From the NCBI RefSeq assembly GCF_028641065.1, contig NC_073389.1:4154001-4218000 (forward strand): DNA of 64,000 nt, in the 5' to 3' direction. The position numbers and the translations under genes were made by a program. The notes beneath the pieces were generated by a model. It saw only the letters and a program-made list of their open reading frames with translations. It had not been told where the DNA came from and made no database searches. This stretch comes from Leucoraja erinacea (lineage: Eukaryota). Positions 26,578 to 38,772 of the stretch are shown here, piece after piece (the stretch's first letter is position 1; every line of letters starts with the position of its first letter).

Positions 26578-27592
26578 ATAGATGAGACCCTCACTCGTGT
26601 CTCCTCAGTGTCACGCAGCTCCGCCTTGCTCCCCCTCCCCCCAATCGCAACAGAGACAGAGTCCCTCTAGTCCTTCCTCTTCACCCGATCAGCCATCGCA
26701 TACGACACATAATCTTCCAACATTTCCTCCACCTCCAACAGGGTCCCACCACTAGCCACATTTCCCCATCTCCACCCCTTTCTGCCTTCCGCAGAGACCG
26801 TCCCCTCCGCAACTCCCTGGTTAACTCGTCCCTTCTCATCCAAACCACCCCCTCCCCAGGTACCTTCCCCTGCAACCGCAGGAGATGCAACACCTGTCCC
26901 TACCACCTCCTCCCTCGTCCAGGGACCTCGACAGTCCTTTCAGATTAGGCAGAGGTTCACTTGCACCTCCTCCAACCTCATCTACTGTATCCATTGTTCA
27001 AGATGTGAACTCTTGTACATCGGCGAGACCAAACGCAGACTGGGTGATCGTTTCACGGAACACCTTTGCTCAGCCCGCCTGAACCAACCTGATCTCCCGG
27101 TTGCCAGACACTTTAATTCTCCTTCCCATTCCTACACAGACCTTTCTGTCCTCTGTCTCCTCCATTGTCAGAGTGAGGCTAAACGCAAATTGGAGGAACA
27201 GCGTCTCATATTTCGCTTGGGCAGCTTACAGCCCAGTGGTATGAATATTGATTTCTCTCACATCAGGTAGCCCCGGCATTCCCTCTCTCTCTATCCCTCC
27301 CCCACCCAAGTCGCACCAGCTTCTCGTTATCACCCAACAAACAGCTAACAATGGCCTGTTTCCTTTATAATCGTTACGTTTTTGAATATCTTTCATTCAT
27401 TGTTCTTTATCTCTCCACATCACCATCTATATCTCTCATTTCACTTTTCCCTAACCAGACTGAAGAAGGGTCTCGACCCGAAACGTCACCCATTCCTTCT
27501 CTCCAGAGATGCTGCCTGTCCCGCTGAGTTACTCCAGCATTTTGTGTCTATCTTTGGTTTAAACAGCAGGTCCATCTGCAGTTCCTTCCTAC
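26578..27592 (+). mobile_element. Penelope-like retroelement 3' part (GIY-YIG endonuclease plus terminal repeat)
   Basis: CNRRRCNTC linker, YIGETKRRLGDRF.EH...HFN GIY-YIG motif, frameshifted; terminal repeat with hammerhead-like core. Confidence 0.9.
27460..27487 (+). ncRNA. Minimal hammerhead-ribozyme-like motif in the Penelope terminal repeat
   Basis: CTGAAGA-A-GGGTC(TC)GACCC-GAAA-CG-TC: CUGANGA box, 5-bp stem II, GAAA box, GUC triplet. Stem I is weak. Confidence 0.6.
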
Positions 27593-30500
27593 AGCAAAGA
27601 ATAATAGTTGATGGAACCATAAGGCTGGTGCTAGTGGTGTTGCTGTGACTCCAGAGGCAACAAGATCATGAGAGACCCCTTCCACCCCAGCAACGGACTG
27701 TTCCAGCTGCTACAGTCAGGCAAACGTTGTGAGAACGGAGAGGATGAGAAGGAGTTTCTTCCCAGAGGCCATTCGGACTGTAAACGCCTATCTCTCCAGG
27801 GACTAACCTTACTGAACCACTCTACTGTTGTGTGGTGTCTTTTTAAAATTGCTGTTTTTTTTCCTTTTCTTCCCCCCCTCCCACAAATATGTAATATGTG
27901 AATATTTTGTTTGTAGTTTTGTTTGTTTTTTGCACAATCCGCGAGCTTTGCAACTTTTCATTTCACTGCACATCTCGTATGTTTATGTGACGAATACACG
28001 TGACTTGACTTCATCTAATGACCCAGTTCAGAGAGAGTCAAGAGTTGTCATATGTACCGGCAACAGGCAATGAAACTAATACTTGTTGCAGCTTTACAAG
28101 TCTGTTAATGCGATAAATCATAAATACATATAATAATCGATAATATAGTAACAGTAATACCCAGTAACCACAATAGTGCTAAACTCAAGTCTGTGGTGCA
28201 AGATCAAGGATGTTGATGAAGAAATTCAAATTATATTTTCGTGTCCATCTTCCATGTTTCAAATGTTGACCTCACTGTCATCGTCTGCTCTGTGGGAGCC
28301 ATCACTTGTTGCAGTAGATGGTGGTAGTAGAATTAGCTCGGGATACGCCCAGTTTGCAGCCCCGCGATGTGGACGCTTCTGCTATGGGGCCGATATTCAA
28401 ACCAGAGGCGTAGATAGTCAGAACCGTTTTCCAGGGCGTAAATTTTTTTTACACCGTGCAGTGGAGGCCGGGAATGCATTGCCGGGGGTGGTGGTGGAAG
28501 CAGATAGTTTAAGATGCTTTTAGATAGGTACATGGAAGTAAAGGAATAGAGGGGTCTGGATCATTTACAGGCAGATGAGATCAATTTAACTTGGCATCAT
28601 GTTCAGCACAAACATTGTGGGCCAAAGGGCCTGTTCCTGTGCTGTACTGTTCTATGTTGAGAGCGAGATAAAGGCTGGAGCTCATTGTTTGAGTTGGGGA
28701 CAGGGACACGAGCAAGCACTGGAAGGATGACTGGCACAGAGGAGACAGGCTAAACGTCCTCCATCAGCCCTGGGAATTTTTTTCCGAGTCCCTGATACTT
28801 TGTACCGCCAATATATATTGTTTTAAAAAGTATTGGCGAACCGAGAGAGCAAGCAGATGGAGAACTCTGCTTTGAAGGTACGTGTGAAGAGAACTTCCGG
28901 GGCCCGCTGACTCCCCATTGCACCTGCCGCAGGATTACCGCAGAGGCAGGCTGCTCGCTCCTGCTCTTCCTCGATGCCCTCACCCTCATAAACACCAGGA
29001 AGGATTCCGCCCGCAGGATTAGCAGGTACACACTTCATGGGAGGATGTTTTGTAACCAATTCACAATCAATCAAGTGGTGCGTGTTCAGTTGTTCCAAGA
29101 TGGTTCTCAACTAACAAACGGCACTTAGTGATTGTGAAGCTGCTGTGGAAACTTCTGCTGCTGGGATGTGAGGCATGCACGTTATGTCAATGGTCTGCCG
29201 ATCAGAGAAAATGTGAAGTGTAGGAGGAATAATGTTGTTTTAAAGAAGTTTAGAGAGCTGGGTTAACAGGAAACCACATGGTGGGTGGTGTCAGAAAATG
29301 GGCTCAGTCTTTGGTAACATTTCCATTCTACAAAAATATTTGCCTCTTGTCTACTGACTTCAGACTGGTGAATGAGACGCAGTTGATGTATTCCTTCAGA
29401 AGTGTGTTGAGGACTGGAGTATGGTACTGTACTTGTTAACAGGGGAAGGGTATTTTGTGTGAGCGAGAGCTAGTTTACAGCTGGTGCACACTTCACTCCA
29501 CATGCAGTGACACCGTCCTTTCAGGTAAGCATAAAATGTCGCTTGTTATAGTCATAGCGTCAGCTCGTGCGGAAACAGGCCCTTCAGCCTGACTTGTCCA
29601 TGCAGACCAAATACCCCTTCTAATGCCGTGGGCCCACATCCTTGTGTCTGTCCAAATGATTTTTAAATGTTGCCTCAACTACCTCCTCTGGCAGCTCGTT
29701 CCACACACCCACCACCCTCTGAGTGAAAAATGGTTTCTATTAAATCTTTCTCCTCTCACCTTAAACCTCTAGCTCTTGATTCCTCTATTCTAGGTAAAAG
29801 ACTGTGCCTTTACCCCTCATGATTTTGTACACCTCTATTGCATCACCCCTCATCCTCCTGTGCTCCAAGGGTTAGAGGCCTAACCTACTGTGCTGCTCCC
29901 TCCAGCCTAGGCCCCGGAGTCCTGGTCACACCCTCGTGAATCTTCCCCCCCCCCCCCCCCCCCCCCCACCATTCAAGCAGGAGGGTGACCACAATTGGAC
30001 ACAATAGGCCGGGCGTAGAGTCATCCGCAGCTTGGACAATCTCCCAACTTCTGTACTCAGCGACTCGACTGGCAAAGGGCACTGTGATCAAAAGCTGCCC
30101 TCACCGCCCGATCTAGTCATGACGCCACTTGTCCTGCCCGATCCCTCTGCTCTGCAACACTCTCCAGGGGCCTAACATTCGCTGTGACAGTCGTGCCCTT
30201 GTTTGCTTTCCAAAATGCAGCACCTCGCGCCAAAGTACACTCCCGACAAGGCCATCATCTCCTTTTTATTACTCAGCGCCATCCTTACAGCCTCCGTGGA
30301 TAAACCATCAGTAATGACATCTCAGTCTACTGCCCTCAATCAATAAAACAACGCCACCCTGTTAATTCCCTCCGGCAGACAGTGAGGTTAACATTTAGGA
30401 ATGACTTCACTTTATCCAATGGTATGGATCATTATTCATGTTGAATGTGTATCTCAGTGTTTTTGAATGATGAAACATTATCACAAATGATGTTTACTTA

Positions 30501-33309
30501 GAAAAGAATTTAGCTCAAAGTGTTTCCAGGGAATAAATCTCAAAATATTTAGTGTCTGCCCTGAGCCTCTGATTTGTCCTCTGATTATAAAAATACGTGA
30601 GTGAATATTTTTGATTACATCCCAGTTGTTGTTGGTGTGCCCCTGTGCTGGGGATTTAGTGAGAGAACTGGGCGGTGGTGCAGTTTACAGTGTTGTACAT
30701 ACGCTGTAGGATTCGTAGCCTCCACTTCCCAGAACATTATGTTTAACAGTAACACAGCTGGTAAAGCTACTGCCTCACGGTGTCAGAGACCCAGATTCAA
30801 TCCTGTCCATGTGGAGTTTGCACGTTCTCCCTGTGAGCGTGTGGAATTCCTCCGAGTGCTCCGGTTTCCTCCCACATCCCACAGCCGTGCAGGTTTGTTG
30901 ATTCATTGTCCCTCTGCAAATTGCCCCTGGTGTGCAGGGAGCGGATGAGAAAATGGGGATAGTGCGAATGGGTGATCGATGGCCGTTGTGGGCTCGGTGG
31001 GCCGAAGGTTCCGTTTCCATTGCTATATCTCCAAAACCAAACTCTGAACAGGCTGCCGTGAGAATCAGAGGCCACATCTCGGCTGGATGGCTGTCATTGT
31101 GTTTGTGCCGTTGAATTCATTCTAATATTACTGCCACTGGCGGTGCTGCATATATTAACGACAGTCGTGGTAAGATTGCAAAAGCGGGCTGCAAAATGAC
31201 AAAAAGGGTTGACAAAAAGTGTTGCTTCAGTCTAATAAAGAAAGCGTACATTGTCACATTTTCTGTTGCCCACTTGCAATGATTCTAATAATATTCAGTT
31301 AAAACCGTAATTCAGACCCTCAACTATGAATAAACCATTACCTACGGATAACATGCATTGAGCCAAGATTGCTTGAACAAATGTTCGTATGTATTACAGT
31401 GATATTTGAAAAGGAACTCCTTAGCCTCCAGTTACTTTTTAACAAAGGTTTTGTTGTGTAAAAGGCCTGGACTGTCGCTGTTGTTTCTGAAAGTGACTTT
31501 TTTGCATTGTTTTCATTACCTAACTGTCGAACCGTAAGAAAACTGGCCGATTGGAAAACTTCAATCATTTTATTAGAGTTGACAGAAACTGAAATTGTGA
31601 TCAGTAGTTGCGTTTAAAGATACAACATGGAAATAGGCCACCGAGTCTACACCGGCCATCAGTCACCAGCTCACGTTAATGCTGTGTTATCCCCCTTTTT
31701 CTCATCCACTCCTTACACATGAGCGACAGATTCACACAGGGCCAATTAACCTACAAACCTGCAAGAATTTCGGATGTGGGAGGAAACCAGAGCACCCTGA
31801 GGAAACCCACATGGTCACAGGGGAAGTGTGCAAACTCCACGCAGACAGCCACCGAGATCAAGATCAAACCCGGATCTCTGGCGCTGTGAGGCAGAGCAGC
31901 TGGGAGGCACTTAGTATTTGGTTCTGTTGTCTCTTTGCAAAGATATATTTGCAAATTAATTAATTTCCCTTTGTTCCATGCGTTGCATGCTGCGGGATTC
32001 AATTAAAAGTAGAAGGGTTCCAAATAGGATGAAGATTTACGGTGCCAGCGTTAGGCTGTCACTTGTGTCGAGGGCCAAACTGTTTACAGTGCTGAGGAAG
32101 CAGCGAGCTGGAATGGCAGCTCTGCAAATGGGCTGGCTGCCTCAGCCTAGCTCTCGGATGGTAGATCAGACTGCGATAAGGTGCAGAGTAACACCATTAC
32201 ACAGGAAATCCACACGCTCACAGGTAGCTCCACTCATTTGAGCTACCGCAGCTCAGTAGCTTTTGAATCATTTTTAAACCACACTGAGAACACAGCGCAC
32301 AGAACAAGAAATGCGTTATGCCACAAGGAAGACAAGAGTTCACACCGTTTTTAAGAAACTTTGCAATATATTGAAGCAGAATTCAGATGGGACGGGTCAT
32401 TAAGTTTAGAGATACAGCATGGAAACAGGCCCTTCGGCCCACGGATGTGCAAGGAAACTGGAAACCCACGCGGTTATGGGGGAAAACATGCAAACTCCAC
32501 CCGTAGCCAAATTCTGGATGAATGGCAAGCAATGGCAATGTATTGAAGGCAAACTCTATTTGACTCATTTGGTTCGTGATCCAGTTTCCCTGCAAACTAA
32601 AAATGAATACAAATCAGGAATTTACTGCGTGGATTGTGAAGTCCAAATGTTCAGGAGGTCTTTATGTTAAACTACATGAGAATGGACTTGTTAAATGATC
32701 CTAGGCCAAGCAACCAATGGGGCAATGAAGAGAGGCAATGACCTCGGCCAAGTTCGACATAGATAGCAACGGTTTAGTGAGATATGGGCCAACCACAGGC
32801 AAATGGGACCAGCGTTGATGGGGATCGTTGGTCTGCATGGACAAGTTGGGCCGAAGGGCCTGTCTCCCTGTTGTACGTCTCTAAGATGCTGGAAGCTGCC
32901 TTGTTGAAGAGCAAAGGGCAGCTGCAAGAGAGGTGTTTTGTACGATATGTTGGAAGGAAGAGTGAAGGGTTAAGATGGCAACTAAATGTTCAAGACAAAG
33001 AGGGATGTAGGAACACAGAGATCTCAAGTGTTTTCATATTAAAAAACTTCTCAAGGTGCTAGTTTAAAGTGGAGAGCATGAAAAGTTGAAAAGCTTACAA
33101 GTCTCTTGGCGTGTAGACACAAATGCCTTGAAGTTGGACCCTGATGCGACATGTTTTAATGTGCTATGTGATCCAAAATAGGATAGAAATGAAAATCAGT
33201 GACTGCATTCATCATTAAGTTCTCAATTTTCATTGTCTCTGCGTTCCACATGGAATTTGTAGTGAAGACAGCAAGTGTGTAGTTTTCTCCATTGATGTGA
33301 AGTGTGGGA

Positions 33310-33945
33310 GGGTTTCAAGATTTCAAGGCCAGTTTATCGTCACATGTACCAATTAAGATACAGTGAAATTCTAATTACTATACAGCCATACTAACAAAAA
33401 ATGCAACAAGCCACACAACTAGATAAAAGTTAACATAAACATCCACCACACTGGGTTCCCCACGCTCCTCACTGTGATGGAAGTCCAATCTTCTTCCTCT
33501 TTTAGTCTCCCGCGGTCGGGGCAGTCAAACCATCCGTAGTCGGGGCAGTCGAAGCTCCGGCAGCCAGCGGTCGAAGCTCCCGCGTCAGGGCGGTCGAAGC
33601 TCTTGCACTTAGAGTCCCTGAAGTCGGTCTCTGACCAAAGATCGCGGGCTCCGCGATGCTAAAGTCCGCAGGCTCCCGTGGTGGCGCTCTCGAAGTCGGT
33701 CTCCAGCAAAGGCTCCGCGATGTCAGGCCGCAGTGCGGACGGAGATACGATACGGAGAAAAATCGCATCTCCGTCAAGGTAAGAGATTAGAAAAAGTTTT
33801 CCCCAACTCCCCCCGTCCCCACCCCACACATAAAACAAGCTAAGGAACACTAAAAACATACATTTAACACGTACAAACAAACAACAGAGAAGGAAGGGAC
33901 AGACAGACTGTTGGCGAGGCAGCCATTGCTAGCGCCACCTGGTGC
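33310..33945 (-). mobile_element. Non-autonomous element with GC-rich head and LINE-type 3' tail
   Basis: Shares head (ggtggcgc..atggctgcc..gtctgtc) and tail blocks with 52170-53045; internal gtcgaagctc repeats; no credible ORF. Confidence 0.6.
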
Positions 33946-34899
33946 ACGAGTAGTGTTATAGTGTCCTGCCAGCTGCATCGAGCCCTGGTGAGACTGCTTT
34001 AATTCTAGCCTTCTTACCTAAGAAAGGATATACCTGTGAGAGAGATTATAATGAATCGATCCGATGGATAGTGGGTCTGAAGAAGGGTCTCGACCCAAAA
34101 CGGCACTTACACATGTCTCTCCAGAGATGCTGCCTGATCTGCTGGGTTATTCCAGCACTCTGTGATTCCTTGCATGGTGGGCTTGTTGGATACAGACCAA
34201 ACAGACCCATCTTTAGATTCTCCTAAGTTTAGAAGAGAGAGATGATCTCATTGAAAAGTACAAAGGTCAGACGAGGCTTGATGAAGGGGATGATTTCCTG
34301 ATCGACCCCGTCACCCAAAGACATCTCCAACAATCAAACAACAGCCACCGTTAGACAGGACCACCTTGCCCAGCAGTCCCCAACAGCAGTTACAGCCCCA
34401 TCTGGCAACATCATTACTGACCCTGCCTCAAATTCCCAGCGCACCTTCCCCACCCCACCACCAAACTGTGACCAATGCTCCCCGGACAGAGCCCAACTCT
34501 TTGTTATGCCGTACATTGAGAAAGGTTGCTCAGTTGAACACAGATCTTGGGTCTGTATAGGCACTTCACCACTTAATCCACTTTCAAAGGCACTGAAGAA
34601 CATGGAGGGGAGGCTGGCTGGACTATGGTGCCATCCTCACCTTGGTGCCATTTATGTTATGTTGTGTCGTGGACTTTGTGTAGTGCTTTTTTTTTTTTTT
34701 TTATTCAATTTCAATGTTATTTTTAATATGTTTTATTATTTATTTATTATTTATTTATGATTTAAAAAAAAAAAAATTTAATGATACTGCCTGTAAGGGA
34801 AATTCATTTCGTTGTCTCAAATTGAGACAATGACAAAAAATTTGAATACAATACAATACAATCAAAGGTGCTGCAAAAGAATGCAGGGGTAAATAGAGT

Positions 34900-35355
34900 G
34901 GTTCTATGCTGAGAGAATGGAGCAGCTGGGCTTGTACACTCTGGAGTTTAGAAGGATGAGAGGCAATCTCATTGAAACACATAAGATTGTTAAGGGTTTG
35001 GACACGCTAGAGGCAGGAAACATGTTCCCGATGTTGGGGGAGTCCAGAACCAGGGGCCACAGTTTAAGAATAAGGAGTAAACCATTTAGAACGGAGACGA
35101 GGAAACACTTTTTCACACAGAGAGTGGTGAGTCAGTGGAATTCTCTGCCTCAGAGGGCGGTGGAGGCAGGTTCTCTAGATGCTTTCAAGAGAGAGCTAGA
35201 TAGGGCTCTTAAAAATAGCGAAGTCAGGGGATATGGGGAGAAGGCAGGAATGGGGGACTGATTGGGGATGATCAGCCATGATCACATTGAATGGCGGTGC
35301 TGGCTGGAAGGGCCGAATGGCCTACTCCTCCACCTATTGTCTATTGTCTATTGTC
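34900..35355 (+). mobile_element. CR1-clade LINE 3' fragment
   Basis: LGLYTLEFRRMRGNLIE...ESRTRGHSL; (ctattgt)n tail. Confidence 0.9.
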
Positions 35356-36054
35356 TTGAGAATACGTTTGAAGCTGGGTGGAGATTTAGTAGATGCATAA
35401 AGTGATGAAGGATTTTGAGAATGTCAGCAGGTAAAAAACTATTTCTGGTTACAGACGTATCAGTAATCAGGGAGTACTTTGGTCATAGATCGGAGGGGAT
35501 GTGAGGAATATGGTGTTTACTCCATGAGTTGTTCCGATCTGTAAAGTGATGGCTGGAACAAGAATTACAATATTCAATGATAGCGCAGCGGGTAGAGCTA
35601 CTGCCTCACAGCGCCAGAGACCCGGGTTTGATCCTGACTATCGGTGCTGTCTGTACGGAGTTTGTACGTTCTCCCCATAACCTGCGTGGGTTTTCTCCAA
35701 AATCTTCAGATTCCTCCCATACTCCACAGGTTTGTAGTTTTAATGTGCGGGGGTCGCTGGTCGGGGCGGACTCAGTGGGCCGAAGGGCCTGTTTCCGCGC
35801 TGTATTTCTAAACTAAACTATTAACAGTACGTTGAATAAATACCACGGGGAACAGATGAAGCCGAAAGTGGATAGCGCAGGGAAGCTTTGATTAGATAAC
35901 TCTTTCACACAGCTATGGAAGACCTTGTGTATGTCATTTCACGATGACCCTTTTTTTGAAGAAAACAAGGAACTGCAGATTCTGGTTTACAAAACAAAAG
36001 GCACACAGTCTGAAGTAGCTCAGTGGGTCAGGCAGCATCTGTGGAGAACATGGA

Positions 36055-36705
36055 ATTGAATTGAATAACCTTTAATAATCCTTTACAGGAAATTACAGTG
36101 CCACAACAGCTTCAAGACAGACATAACACCACACATTTCCTCAGATAGCTTCAATAAGTTAAAATACAATGAATGAATACTAAAAAACTAAATCCAAAAT
36201 TATTTTTGTGCATTATAAAACCTTATAGCAGCTGGTATACAAGACTTCCTATATCTCTCCGTTTTGCACATTGGTGCAATCAGTCTCTGACTGAAGATGC
36301 TGCTCTTGATCACCTTCAGGGCGTGGAGTGGGTGAGTGGGGTTGGTCATTATTGAACCCAGTTTGTTCAGAGTTCTGGCCTCTGCCACCAGCTGGACCAT
36401 TAGATGCTCAGCCCCGACCACTGAGCCGGCCTTCCTGACCACCTTGTCCAGTCTGTTTTTGTCCGCAATGCGGGCCACCTTCTCCCCAACAGGCCACAGC
36501 AAAAAACAGAGCACTGGCCACCACTGAATGGTAAACACTGCACAGTAGGGGTTGGCAGATGTTGAATGACCTTAGCCTCCTTAAGAAATACAGTCGACTT
36601 TGTTCGTTCCTGTACACCGCCTCCATATGACTCTTCCAGTCCAGCTCACTGTCAAGCTGCACACCAAGGTACCTGTGGTTGGCAACCACCTCCACATCCA
36701 CCTCA
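36055..36705 (-). mobile_element. Rex1/Babar-like LINE 3' fragment
   Basis: RYLGVQLDSELDW...QSRLYFLRRLRSFN...YHSVVASAL...NPTHPLH. Confidence 0.8.
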
Positions 36706-37113
36706 GGTGGGTTGGGTCAGCGCCCTTCTTCAATCTCTGAAAAATTATTTTAGTTTTTGTTAAGATCTCCCTGTTCTTCAAATTGATGTCGGGTGTGCTA
36801 ATCTGATCAAAAGGAGAAATGAACCAGGTCACATTGATCCAACCACGTTTTGTGATGGATGGCTACATTGGTTGTCAGCCAGGTGTGGCCAGGTCTGCGT
36901 TGGTCAAGTTGAGACCAGCGAGATCAGGGAAGAGGAACAAAGTTTGTTTCTTGTGGAAATCGGGTTCACAAATGATGTGAAGAGGATGGGAAGAAGGAAA
37001 TACAAGCGTGGCTGTGGTTTGTTGTGGCAGCAAGAAGGAATATATGTGGTGAGATGTCCACAACTATCTGATACTAAAGCTTTGATATTATAGGATAGAC
37101 CACCACCGACCTA

Positions 37114-37412
37114 CGGGTCTGTCCCACTGTACGAGTTAAGTCAAGAGTTCTCCCGAGTTTCCTCTGATTCGAACTCGGAGAATTACGGTAATGGCCGCTC
37201 GTCGGTACTCGGGGCTCCCGTGGGCATTTTTCAACATGTTGAAAAAACTTACCCGCATTTCCCTAGTACCTGCCGTTAGCGTTACGAGCCGCTACGAGAC
37301 GTCCCAAGCTCCGACGTACCCGCTACGTACATTTCTACGTACTTCCACTTGTTTGATTTTTTTTTAAACTCGGGAGAGCTCTTGAATTAGCTCGCACAGT
37401 GGAACAGGGCCA
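37114..37412. mobile_element. PIF/Harbinger-type MITE
   Basis: GGGTCTGTCCCACTGT ... ACAGTGGAACAGGGCC termini; cta/tta flanks. Confidence 0.8.
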
Positions 37413-38256
37413 TTAGTTTGGCACATGATAAGTAAAGCTAAGCAAAGAAGGCCCAACTCATCCATACAAAGCCAGATGTCCCATCCAAGATAGACCCACC
37501 CACCTAGCTGTGTTTAACATCAATGTAACTGTCCAAATGTCATTAAATGCCATATATACACAGAAGTTGGTGGTGTTTATCTGGAACAGTTTCCTAGACT
37601 GTAGAGGAATGGATTGCTTGTTCTGCAATGATCAGTCTTGTTTTTTGGATTCCACTTGTCATATTATTAAAAGTCTACACCTCTCCTTAGGCATGTTCAA
37701 TGTTCCAGGTCATATCCTGGATGGAGTCTAAACAACTAAAGGCCCTAGCGGGACTTTGTACCATCGTGCCATCCTATCGGTCCAGTGTTGGTTTGGGTTA
37801 AGAGATGTTTGGAGGCAAACCTTTTGAGCTAACCCATTTACATTTAAATAATAACCCGGTTTGTTCCCCACTGCAGCTTGTTATTGAAGAAACTAGTAGC
37901 ATCAATTGGAAAAAATGACTGCTGTTCCTCATTGTGCTAACCTTACAATGTCAAAATATTTTTTGAATTCATATGTACGGCATATGTGGAACAGGTATCA
38001 TCTTTCCACAAACAGGCAGAGAATGAGGGTATGATTCTTAATGAAACTTACCGGGCCACAGCCACAGAAAGTGATATGTGAAACTGATATAGAACATGTC
38101 CAGAGATGGGTGAAGGCTGACAAATAACATGACCTGGTGGAATCCAAGACAAAAGACTGCCGAACAACACTCAATATCCTACGGTTCAGGAAACAGTTCC
38201 AGATATACACGACTAACTTCAATGTTCATACACTGCAGACAGGACAATGAGACAAG

Positions 38257-38475
38257 GTTACACAAAAAAGCTGGAGAAACTCAGCGGGTGCAGCAGCATC
38301 TATGGAGCGAAGGAAATAGGCAACGTTTCGGGCCGAAACCCTTCTTCAGACCCGAAACGTTTCGGCCCGAAACGTTGCCTATTTCCTTCGCTCCATAGAT
38401 GCTGCTGCACCCGCTGAGTTTCTCCAGCTTTTTTGTGTAACCTTCGATTCTCCAGCATCTGCAGTTCCTTCTTAA
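38257..38475. mobile_element. Short foldback insert made of Penelope-type terminal repeats
   Basis: Near-perfect inverted arms of about 85 bp; 13-bp flanking duplication acaatgagacaag at 38244-38256 and 38476-38488. Confidence 0.8.
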
Positions 38476-38539
38476 ACAATGAGACAAGTATTAGTTCATC
38501 AGTATCGCAGAACGATCATGTTAGATTTCTCACAGGCAA

Positions 38540-38772
38540 GGGCCCGAGCTACTTGGGCGTCATTTGCGCCTAATTTACGCGTCATCATTTACGTGTCACG
38601 ACGGTCGGCGCGCGCGCTGTGCCGCGCACGTGCTGGAGCGCATTACGTGCGCATGGTGCCAGGTGACGTAGGCAGTGACGCGCTGCGGCCCCAGGATTTT
38701 GGTATTTACAAAATCTTCGCCTGCCATCTGCGTGATGCACAAATGACGCCCCTGTACCTGTAGGTTGGGCTC
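38540..38772. mobile_element. CpG-rich MITE related to 53561-53716
   Basis: Inverted subterminal motif gggcgtcatttg / caaatgacgccc; degenerate termini. Confidence 0.65.

Noticed and set aside
31115-31175. Hydrophobic stretch ILILLPLAVLHILTTVV before a gtaag donor
   Set aside because: No in-frame ATG after the upstream stop, and the donor is phase 0.
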